From NCBI GenBank assembly GCA_963422375.2, contig OY729427.2:1728001-1792000 (forward strand): a stretch of DNA of 64,000 nucleotides, in the 5' to 3' direction. Position 1 is the first letter of the stretch; the number at the start of each line of letters is the position of its first letter. This document shows positions 19,414 to 29,576 of the stretch, in pieces. Under the pieces are notes generated by a model. It was not told the DNA's origin, ran no database searches, and saw only the letters and a list, made by a program, of their open reading frames with translations. The position numbers and the translations under genes are program-made. This stretch comes from Bryobacterales bacterium (GTDB taxonomy: Bacteria; Acidobacteriota; Terriglobia; Bryobacterales; UBA6623).

Positions 19414-22008
19414 TCACTCGCGCGTGATGAACTCGTCCAGGTTCAGCACGACGCTGGCGAGACCGGTCCAAGCGGCCGCCCCCGACGCGCCCGTGCCCGC
19501 CACATCCAGCGGCATGAAGCGCTCTGCCGTTCCGCCTTCCTCGTCGAAGATCGCCCTCTGCCGCTCGAAGTACGAGCGGAGGTTCCGCGCCTCACTTGCC
19601 GTCGGTTCGCGCGCCAGGGCCAGCAGGAACGCGTCGCGCAGCGCCGCCTCGAAATCGCCGGCGCTCGAGGCCGCGACGCGCATCGCGAGCGCCCGCGCGG
19701 CCTCGACGAAGGTCCGGTCGTTCAGGAGATTCAGAGCTTGCAGGGGCGTGTTGGACCGCTCTCTGGTGCAGTGCGCCGCCGTCCTGTCCGGCATGTCGAA
19801 GTTCGCCAGCTGGGGGTAGGGCACGGTCCGCTGGTAGAAGGTGTAGAGGCCGCGCCGGTAGCGGTCCGCGCCCTCGCTCTCGTTCCACTTCACGGAGCCC
19901 GCGTAGGCCAGGTCCGCGACCCCGTCCGGCTGCGGGGGGCGCACGCTCGGGCCGCCCACTGCGGGGTTCAGCAGGCCGCTGGCCTGCAGGGCGGCATCGC
20001 GCACGAACTCGGCCGGAAGGCGGATGCGCCGCTGGCGCGCAAGCAGGGCATTGTCCGGGTCGATCTCGTCGAGTTCCGGCCGCGCCGCGGAGGACTGCCG
20101 GTAGGCGGCCGACATCACGATCGCTTTGTGCAGCGCCTTCAGCCGCCAGCCGCTGTCCATGAAGTCCTTCGCCAGCCAGTCGAGCAGCGCGGGATGGGAC
20201 GGGCCGGGGCTGCGCGTGCCGAAATCGTCCGCAGTCGGGACGATTCCGCGCCCGAAATACTCCTGCCAGATACGGTTCACCGTCACCCTCGCCGTCAGGG
20301 GGTTGCTCGGCGAAACCAGCCATTCCGCTAGGGCCAGTCGCGGGTGGCGGTCCCCCGGCTCGAACGGTGGCAGGGCGGCGGGCGTGCCCGGCTCGACGGC
20401 GATGCCGGGCGCGTTCCAGGCGCCGCGAAGGTGGACGTGCGTGTGGCGTCCGGGGCGGGCGTCCTCGATGGCCCGGGCGTAGCTGATGTCTGGCGTCTCG
20501 ACGCGCAGGCGTAGCAGCTCTTGGCGAAGGGATACCCAGTCGAGTTCCTTCCAAGACTCCTTCGAAATGACCCGGTGGTAGTTCTTGACGAAGTGGTCTT
20601 CGAGCTTCGTCCGCTCGCGGTCCGTGCGGGCCTCGGACGGCTTCCTGATGATCGCCTCGCCGTTGTCCATGTATTTTTGGACAGCGTCGAGAGCGTGGTC
20701 CCAGTCCGTCCACTTGCCCGGATTGTTCGCGGCCTCGACCATCTGGGCTTCCCACGCGGGCTGCAGCTCGTACACGCGGCCGGCTGCGAGCAGCTCGCTG
20801 CGACGGGCGAGGTATCCGGGCAGCGCGTCGAGGAACGGTCCCGTTTCCCCCGGCATCGGGGCCGCGATCTCGGCCTCTTCGACCGAGTTCATGAACGCGA
20901 ACAGCCGGTAGTAGTCCCTCTGTGAAACCGGGTCGTACTTGTGGTCGTGGCACTGGGCGCAGCCGACCGTCAGTCCGAGCCAGACGGTTCCGATCGTGTT
21001 CGTGCGGTCCACCGTTTCCTCGAAGCGGAACTGCTCGATCTTCACGCCCCCCTCGCGGTTCTTGAGGCCGTTGCGGTGGAATCCCGTCGCTACGCGCTGG
21101 TCGACGGTCGCCCCTGGCAGAACGTCCCCCGCGATCTGCTCGATCGTGAATCGATCGAACGGTATGTCGCGGTTTAGCGCGTCGATCACCCATTCGCGCC
21201 AGCGCCAGGCGTGGGGCCGAACGCTGTCCTTCTCGTAGCCGTCCGAGTCGGCGTAACGCGCCAAGTCGAGCCACTGGACCGCCCAGCGCTCCCCGTAGTG
21301 CGGCGACTCGAGGAGCTCGTCGACTAGGCGCTCGTAGGCGCCGGGCGCGGAATCGGCCAGGAAGGCCCGGACCCGCTCGGGCGACGGCGGCAGCCCGGTC
21401 AGGTCCAGGCTGACCCGCCGGGCCAGTGTGGCGGGGGCGGCCTCGGGGGCCGGCTCGATGCCTTCTCTCTCGAGCCGCGCCAGCACGAAATGGTCGACCG
21501 GGCTGCGGGCCCAAGCTTCCCGCGACATCTGCGGCAGCGGAGGCTTGCGGAGGGGCTGGAACGCCCAGTGATCCGAGCGGGGCGCCGCTGAGTCTCCAAG
21601 GGCGCCCAAGTCCGGCCAGTGTGCCCCTTGGTCGATCCAGCTGCGCAGGAGGTCGACTTCGCCTTGCGGCAGGCGCGGGCCGCCCGGCGGCATGGACAGG
21701 CCGTCGACCTCGCCCGAGACCAGCTGGAACAGCCGGCTCCGCTCGCTGTGGCCGGGAACGATGACCGGGCCGGAGTAGCCCCCCTCTTGCGCGGATGTGC
21801 CGTTGTCGAGGCGCAGCCCGCTCGACTGCAGGGCCGGGCCGTGACAGGCGTGGCAGCGCGCCGCGAGGATAGGCGCGATCCGCGCCGTGAAATCTACCCG
21901 CTCAGCTGTCGGCCCGGGCGACGGGCCCGACTGAGCGGCCTCAAGACACGGCACCGCCAGGGCCGTCGCGCCGGTGCAGGCCACGAGGAGCGTTAGTTGC
22001 CAGCGCAT
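19414..22008 (-). CDS. Planctomycete cytochrome c / DUF1549 / DUF1553 (PSD1) protein
   Basis: Signal MRWQLTLLVA; CHACH and CAQCHDHKYDP heme motifs; SPHYGERWA, NPLTARVTVNRIWQ, SNTPLQAL, NLDEFITRE. Confidence 0.92.
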   Translation of the reverse strand: MRWQLTLLVACTGATALAVPCLEAAQSGPSPGPTAERVDFTARIAPILAARCHACHGPALQSSGLRLDNGTSAQEGGYSGPVIVPGHSERSRLFQLVSGEVDGLSMPPGGPRLPQGEVDLLRSWIDQGAHWPDLGALGDSAAPRSDHWAFQPLRKPPLPQMSREAWARSPVDHFVLARLEREGIEPAPEAAPATLARRVSLDLTGLPPSPERVRAFLADSAPGAYERLVDELLESPHYGERWAVQWLDLARYADSDGYEKDSVRPHAWRWREWVIDALNRDIPFDRFTIEQIAGDVLPGATVDQRVATGFHRNGLKNREGGVKIEQFRFEETVDRTNTIGTVWLGLTVGCAQCHDHKYDPVSQRDYYRLFAFMNSVEEAEIAAPMPGETGPFLDALPGYLARRSELLAAGRVYELQPAWEAQMVEAANNPGKWTDWDHALDAVQKYMDNGEAIIRKPSEARTDRERTKLEDHFVKNYHRVISKESWKELDWVSLRQELLRLRVETPDISYARAIEDARPGRHTHVHLRGAWNAPGIAVEPGTPAALPPFEPGDRHPRLALAEWLVSPSNPLTARVTVNRIWQEYFGRGIVPTADDFGTRSPGPSHPALLDWLAKDFMDSGWRLKALHKAIVMSAAYRQSSAARPELDEIDPDNALLARQRRIRLPAEFVRDAALQASGLLNPAVGGPSVRPPQPDGVADLAYAGSVKWNESEGADRYRRGLYTFYQRTVPYPQLANFDMPDRTAAHCTRERSNTPLQALNLLNDRTFVEAARALAMRVAASSAGDFEAALRDAFLLALAREPTASEARNLRSYFERQRAIFDEEGGTAERFMPLDVAGTGASGAAAWTGLASVVLNLDEFITRE

Positions 22009-22059
22009 GGACGGCCCTTCGCGATGTCGGCACCCTCGGCCGGTGCTGCCGGTCGCCAT

Positions 22060-23245
22060 CATACTGAACGCGCCAAGAGCAATTTCCGATTCAGGCGATT
22101 TCCGGCAGCACCGCGGCCATTGCCGCGGTTGGAAGCTACCGCAGGCGAGCCTATAGCCTGCAGGACGTTGATCGGGGCGTTGAGGTCCGCATCGCCAGAG
22201 AAGCCGGAGCGCTTGCGCGCCTACCTCCTGCCCTGGCGATGGCACGGCTGCGACGTATTGGAGGGATTGACCGGCTTGAACCTGCGACCGGACCACTTTT
22301 TTCGCCTTCAAGTTGCCCTAGCGGCAATTTCCAGGACTGGCTCAGAATCGAGCGAATCAAGGCAGCCGTCTGCATGGCGTTCGTGCAGGTTGCTGCGGCG
22401 ATGCCCTTCCCGGAACGAGTCATGCTCGCGATTGTCAGTTTCTCCGCGACGAAGGTGCCGAGGTGGCGCACGAGACGCCTTGTCCGCCGATGGCAGGCGT
22501 TGCGCTTTGACACACGGCGTTTCCTGTGCGCCTTCGCCAGCGAGCGCACGCGCTTCCAGCGAGTTCGGCTGCCCCTCTTTCGGCGCGCGACCGCCCGGCT
22601 GCGGACCGTCTTGCGGTGCTGCGAGCCGTCCACTCCCTTGATCCGCTCGCCGTCGCTGGTGGCGGCTTGATCCGACACGCCCAGGTCGACGCCGATCGCC
22701 GAGTGGCTCAGCGCGAGCGGCTGCTTGCAGACACCGCCGAACACCAGGTCCACGTGAAGGCCGGCATCGGTGCGAGTGATACGGACGAACTTCGGCGCGA
22801 GGCTGGGCAGCTCCCTGTCGGGCTTGGTTGTGGCCCACGGCAGTCCCTAGACCCCCAGAACGAATCGCCCCTTACCACGCTCCCAGAGTATGGGCGGCTC
22901 GCTTGCCTTGCAGCGAGGGAAGACGCGCTGAACGCCTGGTCGACGCGAGAGAGCGTGGCCAGCGCCAGCCGCTGGTACACGCTTCCCAGCATCGCCGGCT
23001 CCGACTTGCGGAGTTCGGCCAGCTGGTTGTACTGGTCGAAGTACGGGACCGCCAACCTTGCGTTCCTCCCAAGCCGTCTTCGTCGCCGACAGCGCCTTGT
23101 TGTACAGCCAGCGCAATTAACCCAACACGGGATCGATGCGTGCGCATCCCGATTTGCCAAGCTACCCGCGCTCATGGAGTGTGATCGTAGCCGTCGTCGG
23201 CTTCAACGTATAGCCTGCAAGACGTGCTGCCAACCGCCGTCACAG
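22060..23245 (-). pseudogene. tnpB: IS200/IS605-type tnpB RNA-guided endonuclease relic 1
   Basis: WLYNKAL and LAELRK (N-terminal), AIGVDLGV (RuvC I), VAEKLTIASMTRS (RuvC II), DADLNAPINV (RuvC III) across several frames. Confidence 0.85.
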
Positions 23246-23349
23246 CTTCGGTGCAATTGGTCTTGACGCTCTCTGTAATCCGTGGCCCTGAGCGATCCCC
23301 CGCCAACGCTCCCTTCCGCCCCGACGGTACAATGCGACTGGGCGAGGCC

Positions 23350-23970
23350 ATGCCGACACCCGCGTCCCCAGTCCCGGCGAAGAGCTCCCCGGCCGACAAG
23401 CCGCTGTACTGGACCGACCCCTACTCGTGGGCCCTGCGCCAGGCCGGGCTCCTGCGCCAGCGCGACTTCGAGCGCGTCGACTGGGAGAACGTCATCGAGG
23501 AGATCGAGGACTTGGCCAAGAAGGACCGTTCCAGCTGGACCTCGCTCTGCGCCCGCGCCGTCGAGCACCTGCTCAAGATGCAACACCAGGGGCCTCGTTG
23601 CCCCGACTCGCTGTCCCCGTGGAGCAAGGAGGTCCGCAACTTCCGCCGTCAGATGGCCGACGTGCTTGATGACAGCCCCGGCCTCAAGGGCGTCCTCGGC
23701 GAGATGTTCGCCAAGGCCTGGAAGCGCGGGCGCACGGCCGCCGTCAGCGACTTGGTCGATTACGAAGAGGTCGCGGGGGCCGCGGCGAAGGCGGCCGAGC
23801 GATGCTGGCTCGGTGCCATCCCCGAGGAACCCGCCTTCGGGCTGGAGGATGTCGCCGGCATGGACCCCCGGCGGCCGGGCACGCCGGACCGGGACCGCTG
23901 GCCGCCCGCGGTCGAGCGGGTCCTCCGCGACTGGCCGCCCGAGCGCCGACAGTCCGACCGAGGCCGCTAG
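23350..23970 (+). CDS. DUF29 family protein
   Basis: LYWTDPYSWALRQAGLLRQRDFERVDWENVIEEIEDLAK...EHLLK...DSPGLK; GAGG upstream of ATG 23350. Confidence 0.85.
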   Translation: MPTPASPVPAKSSPADKPLYWTDPYSWALRQAGLLRQRDFERVDWENVIEEIEDLAKKDRSSWTSLCARAVEHLLKMQHQGPRCPDSLSPWSKEVRNFRRQMADVLDDSPGLKGVLGEMFAKAWKRGRTAAVSDLVDYEEVAGAAAKAAERCWLGAIPEEPAFGLEDVAGMDPRRPGTPDRDRWPPAVERVLRDWPPERRQSDRGR

Positions 23971-24359
23971 CCGACCAAGACCGGAGACCGGCCCTCTCCC
24001 AGCGGCAGCCGACCTCGCCGTGATCCTCCCAGAATGCGCGTGCAGCCCATCCGAGCGTCTTTCTCGGCCACCGGCGACGACAGGGCCGCGAAACGGCTCG
24101 AATCCGCCGAATCGGGCGATTTGGCCGCGGTCCGCTTGGGAGACGTTCGCATACAGGCCCGTCGCACGCATGTCTCGGGCCGCGGCGACCTAGAGCAGCG
24201 CCGGACTCGCGACGCGCCCATGGAGCAAGACTCACACTGAGCGAGCTGCTTACACTAAGCGTCGAACGTCTTCTTCGAGGGCGTGCACAATCCAACCTAC
24301 ATCCTGTGGCTCTCTGTTGCACGTGCCTATATGCAGGCCTAGGTTTCCGAATTCGCTTC

Positions 24360-24770
24360 TTGACGCGCTGAGCAGTTGCTAAGCGCGTAACAGGTCATTT
24401 CCGACTCGGACGGATTCCGGCTGCATCCCGGCCGTTGCCTCGGTTGGAAGCCGGTCCACGCCGTCGGGCACCAGGTCCACGTTGATGCCGACATCCGCAC
24501 GCGTGACGCGGACGAACTTGGACCTCAGCGACGGCAACTCGCGACGGATCTTGAGCGTGATCGCCTGCAGTCCCTTGATGCGCAGGACGAAGCGCCCGTT
24601 GCCGTGAGGCCGGAGCGATGGCGGGCGCAAGCATTCGATCGCTCGGAACCGCCTTGCCTGCTTGAATCGCGGGAATCCCGGCTTCATCTCCTGCCTTGCA
24701 GCGCCGGAAGAAGGCCTTGAACGCCTAGTTCACGTGAGACAGCGTGGCTTCGCACATTCCCGTAGGACGC
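24360..24770 (-). pseudogene. tnpB: tnpB relic 2 (RuvC region deleted) retaining a right-end hairpin
   Basis: KPGFPRFK...LRIKGL fragment; 3' segment similar to relic 1; hairpin at 24364-24387 followed by TCAA on the minus strand. Confidence 0.7.
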
Positions 24771-24795
24771 TCTCTGCAGGCGCAAACCCCGAGGC

Positions 24796-25908
24796 CTACG
24801 AGGGCCAGTCGAGCCTCTCGCCGCGGTTGAACGGAGCCTCCGGGCGCTGCGACGGCCCGGCCCCGGGCGCGGCGGACCGTCCCGCCGAGCCGTCGGCGCC
24901 GGGCGGGCGGGGCGATTCGCCCGAGGTCCCACGCGACCCGAGCGCCGCGAGATAGGGCTCCACGGCCTCCGCGGACCGCAGGTGCAGGTCGCGTTGCGGG
25001 AACGGTATCTCGATGCCGTGCGCCTTCAGGGACGCGAACAGGCCGAAGTACATGTCGCTGGTGATCACCTGGGGCCTCTCGATCTGTCGCGTGGTCCAGA
25101 TGCGCAGTTCGAAATCCAGCGAGCTGTCGCCGAAGCCCCGAAAGATCACGTCGGGTTCGGGGCTCTCGAGTACGTCGGGATGCACGCTCGCCACCTCGGT
25201 CGCCAGCGAGCGGACGACTTCCGGGTCGCTGGAATACGACACGCCGAACGGCACCTTGATGCGGACGAAGCGGTCGTCCAGCGTGAGGTTCGTCACGCGT
25301 TGCTCGATGAACTCCGAGTTGGGCACCACGATCACCACGTTGTCGTTGGTGCGGACGCAGGTCGCCCTCGAGCCGATCGTCACGATGCTTCCTTGCAGGC
25401 TCCCCACCTGCACCCGGTCGCCGACCTTGACCGGCTGCTCGAACAGCAGGATCAGCCCCGAAGCGAAGTCCTTGGCGATCGTCTGGAACCCGAGGCCCAC
25501 GCCGATGCCCAGGCCCCCGCTGAACACGGCCACGCCGCTGAGATCGAGGCCGAACGCATTCAGCGCCGAGGTCGCCCCGACAGCGAAGAGCGTGTAGGCG
25601 ATGATCCGCTGCAGCGCGAACTTGTGGCCTTCGTCCAAAGGCGTCCGGTCAAGGAGCCTTGCCCGGATCATCTTGCTGATGGCCCGCGTGGCGAGCCACA
25701 GGACCAGCACCAGGATGAGTGCTTTGACCGCCAGCATCAGCGTCGCGCCGAAGCTGCCGACCGTCGAGAACGGACGGCTCCAGAAGTCCCACAGGAACCC
25801 CCCTATGGTGACGGCGGAGGCGCTCCTCCAGAGACCTGAGGCGAACAGGCCGCCGACGGCCGTCCCGACCGCGCCGGCGGCAACTAGCCACTTCGTGCGA
25901 GAGGTCAA
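24796..25908 (-). CDS. MscS-family mechanosensitive channel
   Basis: GLGIGVGLGFQ, EQPVKVGDRV, VPNSEF, FGDSSLDFELR, GIEIPFPQRDLH. Confidence 0.92.
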   Translation of the reverse strand: MTSRTKWLVAAGAVGTAVGGLFASGLWRSASAVTIGGFLWDFWSRPFSTVGSFGATLMLAVKALILVLVLWLATRAISKMIRARLLDRTPLDEGHKFALQRIIAYTLFAVGATSALNAFGLDLSGVAVFSGGLGIGVGLGFQTIAKDFASGLILLFEQPVKVGDRVQVGSLQGSIVTIGSRATCVRTNDNVVIVVPNSEFIEQRVTNLTLDDRFVRIKVPFGVSYSSDPEVVRSLATEVASVHPDVLESPEPDVIFRGFGDSSLDFELRIWTTRQIERPQVITSDMYFGLFASLKAHGIEIPFPQRDLHLRSAEAVEPYLAALGSRGTSGESPRPPGADGSAGRSAAPGAGPSQRPEAPFNRGERLDWPS

Positions 25909-25938
25909 TCGAACTGCTGCCTTCCCCTTGCGACCGTC

Positions 25939-28203
25939 CTAGTCGATCGAGATCTCCTCGCTGGCATGCACGAAGAGCACGTCATTCGCGCCCTTGAAGC
26001 GATTCAGTGTCGCCGAGGCCCGTTCCTGCTCCAAGTCGACCCGGTCCAGGCCGGCGACGACCAAGTCGGCCATGCCCGACCGGCGGGCTGCCTCGCGCTC
26101 CAGCGACTCCCCGACGCGGCACTCGACGGAGGTCACGTTCTGCATGGAGATCGGCAGGCGACCGTCCCTCGTCAGCCGCGAGATCTGCCGCGTGCCTTCG
26201 TCCCCCTCGCTGGAGTCGTGGCAGACGAACAGGCGGATGGTGGCGCGCTTCCACTCCGGATGCCCGACGATGATGTAGGCCAGCAGCAGCATCATCGGCG
26301 CGTGCGGCAGGTCGTCCTCGGTCACCCACACGTGAATCGAGGACCGGTATCCGAAGCGGAAATGCGTGGACCGGAGCACGAGGACGTTGAACAGGGATTC
26401 CGACACGAGCAGGGCGCCCTGGGCGATCTCCTCAAGCTCCTCGGACCGGTCCTTGTCGAATTCGAGCAGCACGCAGTTGTTGGGCAGGCCGGAAATCCCG
26501 GGCATTTGCAGGATCTGGCCGAGCCCCATCTGGAAGGAGGGGCTGATCAAGGAATCCACGAAGATGCCCGCGCCGCTGAGCTCGGTGCGCTCGATGAGAG
26601 TGTTGACGCGCGTCCGCGCCTCGATCTCCTCGGGAAACGAGTAGTCTCCTTGGACGTACTGGATGAAGTGCCCGAATCCGTGGCGGTGGCAGATCCAGCG
26701 CAGCAGGTCGAAGTGCCCCAGCCGCCGCTCGGCGAAGCGGGTGACGGCGACGATCGAGGGCCGCCAGCCGCCTAGCGCTCCCTCCACGCGATTCTTCTGC
26801 AGGGCGATCTGCAGGTGGCGGGTCATCTGGAACATGGTCCCTTGGAAGATCGCCGTCAGGTCGCGTCCCCCGCGCTGCGTCCGTCGGAGGCCTTGGTAGA
26901 TCAGCATCATCAGCGCCACCGAGACGAATGCGTACAGGACGTTCATCTGGATCATCATCAGCACGCACATCACCGCGCCGAGCAGCGAGACGTACCAGCG
27001 GGTGTGGAACGTGGGGCGGTAGGACGGGTTGCCCGCGAAGTACTCGAGGAACGACACCGCGCAAAGGGCGCCGTACGTCACCATGAAGAACATGCTGAGG
27101 ATCTGGGCGATGAAGTCTAGGCCCCCGGTTAGGACGAAGACGGCCGCGATCCCGCCCGACACCAAGGTGGCGGCGACGGGCTCCTGGGCCTCGCCCCTGC
27201 CGCGCTCCAGCAGCCGGTTCAGCAGGGGCAGGGGCAGGACCTTGTCGCGGGCTAGGGCTTGGAGCGTTCGAGGTGCCACCAGGATCGACCCGAGGGCCGA
27301 CGACAGGGCGGCGGCCGCCAGGCCGACGTAGATCGCGGGCCCCCACAGCGCGATCTGGACCATGATGAACTGGTCGCCCGCGAGCGCTTCGGGCGTCGCG
27401 CTCCGCGCCAGCTTCACGGCGGCCATGGCGTACACGAGCATGCCGGCCAGCGTTGCGCCGATCGTGCCGAGCGGGATGCTTCGCTGCGGATCCTTGAGGT
27501 CGCCGGACAGCCCGAGGCCGGCGATCATGCCGGTGAAGGCCGGGAAGCAGGTCGCGAACACCGTGCCGAAGCCGTCGCCGTCGTCGATGCGGGCGGTGAT
27601 GTCGAGGCCCGCCGGCCGGATCGCCTCGGACCCCTGTCCCAGCAGGAAGAGCCCGATCGACCCGCCCAGCGCAACGGCCACGACCCACAGGGCGCGGACC
27701 CCGAGGTCCGCCCCCTTGTACAGGATGAGTCCCAGGAGCACCAGCGTGCTGGGCGCGCTGACCCAGCGCTGGTCCATTTCGAACTCGTACCGGGAGGCAA
27801 TCCACCCGTAGACAGGTTCGAAGGCCTCGCCGAACGCTACCAGGTAGAACGCGACCGAAATCGCTTGCGAGATGTACAGCGCGATGCCTATCGTGCCGCC
27901 GATGCCGTGGCCGAAGGAGCGGCTGATGATGAAATAGGCCCCGCCTCCGGCCACCCGCCGGTTGGTCGCGATCTCGGATACGGCCAAGACGGTGGGAATC
28001 GTGACGAGGTGCCCGATCAGGATGATGACCAGACTGCCCCACAGGCCCACGTGAGCGACCGCGTAGCCGAACCGCAGGAAGAGGATCGCCCCGAGAATCG
28101 TGCTGATCGAGGCGAGGAAAACCGGGGCGGTGCCGAACTCGTGGCCGCCGACCGGCGGGCTGTCAGCGCCTTGGCCCGTGGCGAGGATCCCGCGTCGTGC
28201 CAT
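25939..28203 (-). CDS. Cation-chloride cotransporter-like (SLC12/APC) permease with cytoplasmic C-terminal domain
   Basis: ILGAILFLRFG, GGGAYFIISRSFG, FPAFTGMIAG, SGDLKDPQRSIPLGT, APRTLQALARD, WRPSIV, GISGLPNN. Confidence 0.88.
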   Translation of the reverse strand: MARRGILATGQGADSPPVGGHEFGTAPVFLASISTILGAILFLRFGYAVAHVGLWGSLVIILIGHLVTIPTVLAVSEIATNRRVAGGGAYFIISRSFGHGIGGTIGIALYISQAISVAFYLVAFGEAFEPVYGWIASRYEFEMDQRWVSAPSTLVLLGLILYKGADLGVRALWVVAVALGGSIGLFLLGQGSEAIRPAGLDITARIDDGDGFGTVFATCFPAFTGMIAGLGLSGDLKDPQRSIPLGTIGATLAGMLVYAMAAVKLARSATPEALAGDQFIMVQIALWGPAIYVGLAAAALSSALGSILVAPRTLQALARDKVLPLPLLNRLLERGRGEAQEPVAATLVSGGIAAVFVLTGGLDFIAQILSMFFMVTYGALCAVSFLEYFAGNPSYRPTFHTRWYVSLLGAVMCVLMMIQMNVLYAFVSVALMMLIYQGLRRTQRGGRDLTAIFQGTMFQMTRHLQIALQKNRVEGALGGWRPSIVAVTRFAERRLGHFDLLRWICHRHGFGHFIQYVQGDYSFPEEIEARTRVNTLIERTELSGAGIFVDSLISPSFQMGLGQILQMPGISGLPNNCVLLEFDKDRSEELEEIAQGALLVSESLFNVLVLRSTHFRFGYRSSIHVWVTEDDLPHAPMMLLLAYIIVGHPEWKRATIRLFVCHDSSEGDEGTRQISRLTRDGRLPISMQNVTSVECRVGESLEREAARRSGMADLVVAGLDRVDLEQERASATLNRFKGANDVLFVHASEEISID

Positions 28204-28302
28204 GGTCGAGGAGAGCCGGGCCGGAAGGAAGCACAGTCAGCGAAGGCACCTGCGGAGACATTATTGCACGGAGCTCGCGCCCGGCCGGGTCGGCGCGGGC
28301 AT

Positions 28303-29388
28303 CTAGTTCGCGTCCCCGAACCAAGTCGAGAAGATCCGTTCGTACTCCCCGGATTCCTGGACGAGCAGCAGCGCGCGGTTCGCCGGCTCTCTCAGTTCGC
28401 TGCCGGACGGGAATGCGATGCCGTAGGTCTGCCTCTCGATGAGAGGGCCGACCACGGCTACGCTCCCGGTCGGATCCTGCATCGCGTACCTCATCAGCGG
28501 GGACGCGTCGAACAGGATCGCGTCCACTGTTCCCGCATGCAGGAGCGAGTAGCACTGGCCGAGCTCGCGCACCGCTTGCACCCTGGCTCCGTACTGCACG
28601 GCGGCTTGCGCGCTGGTCGTGCCCTCGACGGTCGCCACCGCTCTCCCGCGCAGATCGTCCGGTCCCGCGATGTCGCCCGTCAGGTGCTTGATCGTCAGGC
28701 CCGCCGAGAGCTGCGCGATCGCCACCCCGAACAGGGAGATTCCGATGACCATCGCCAGCAGGGACACGAACCGTCCGAACCATCGCTTCGGGGTCACGTC
28801 CCCGTATCCGACCGTGGTGATCGTGGCCAGAATGCACCACATGGCCTCGAGTATTCCGGGGAAGTACTGCGGGCTGATGTCGGCCTCGCCGCGTTCGACG
28901 AAATAGAAGACGTGCGCGCTCAGGAGCACGAAGACCACCAAGTAGGCCAGTGCGTCGAGCTCGGCTTCGCTCGCGAGCCACCGGAATACGCGTACCAATC
29001 CAATGTCGCGGTCGACAGTTGTGAGAATTCTCAGGCCGCTGTTCATGTACGGATGGCTGAAGTCCATGTAGACTTCGCGCTCTCGGGTGATGCTGATGCC
29101 GCCCAGCGCGACGTCAAACTCGCCGCGTCTGAGCGATTGCATCAACTCCTCGAAGGCGACGGTCCGGAACGTCGTATCCAGTCCGAGCTCCGCGGCCACC
29201 TCGTTCCAGATGTCGATGTCGAAACCTTCGAGGCTCTCCGCCAATTCCATGACGTGGGGCGGGAAGACCGCCACGCCGACGACGACGGAGGAGTCCTCGG
29301 CTGCGAGGACCGGGGCCGGAAGCGCTGCGAGGACCGCGACGGTCAACCAAGAGAGACGGGACGGCCTGTTCCGCGAAAGACCGGACAC
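28303..29388 (-). CDS. Ligand-gated K+ channel, GluR0-like (split SBP_bac_3 domain around a pore); start uncertain
   Basis: GFDIDIW and ISITRERE...DFSHPY (S1), TM-pore-TM with TITTVGYGD filter, then S2 VATVEGTTS...YGIAFPSGSELRE. Confidence 0.88.
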   Translation of the reverse strand: MSGLSRNRPSRLSWLTVAVLAALPAPVLAAEDSSVVVGVAVFPPHVMELAESLEGFDIDIWNEVAAELGLDTTFRTVAFEELMQSLRRGEFDVALGGISITREREVYMDFSHPYMNSGLRILTTVDRDIGLVRVFRWLASEAELDALAYLVVFVLLSAHVFYFVERGEADISPQYFPGILEAMWCILATITTVGYGDVTPKRWFGRFVSLLAMVIGISLFGVAIAQLSAGLTIKHLTGDIAGPDDLRGRAVATVEGTTSAQAAVQYGARVQAVRELGQCYSLLHAGTVDAILFDASPLMRYAMQDPTGSVAVVGPLIERQTYGIAFPSGSELREPANRALLLVQESGEYERIFSTWFGDAN

Positions 29389-29576
29389 ACACCGCCGGAA
29401 GCGCTCAACGGCACGCTCGCAGGTCCCGAACGGGTGCCGGAACCGTACAGTTGCGCGGGCCAGCGGCTTCACCTGAATGTAACGGTACCAGCTTCGCTCC
29501 GGAAGCTTGCTGCTGGCCCTCGGTATCAGCGAACGCAAGGAGGGCACGGTCCGCTCGGTATGCCAACCTGTACGTG

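Noticed and set aside
19414..22311. PSD1 protein fused to tnpB-derived sequence
   Set aside because: The open frame merely extends into the relic; the signal peptide starts at 22008.
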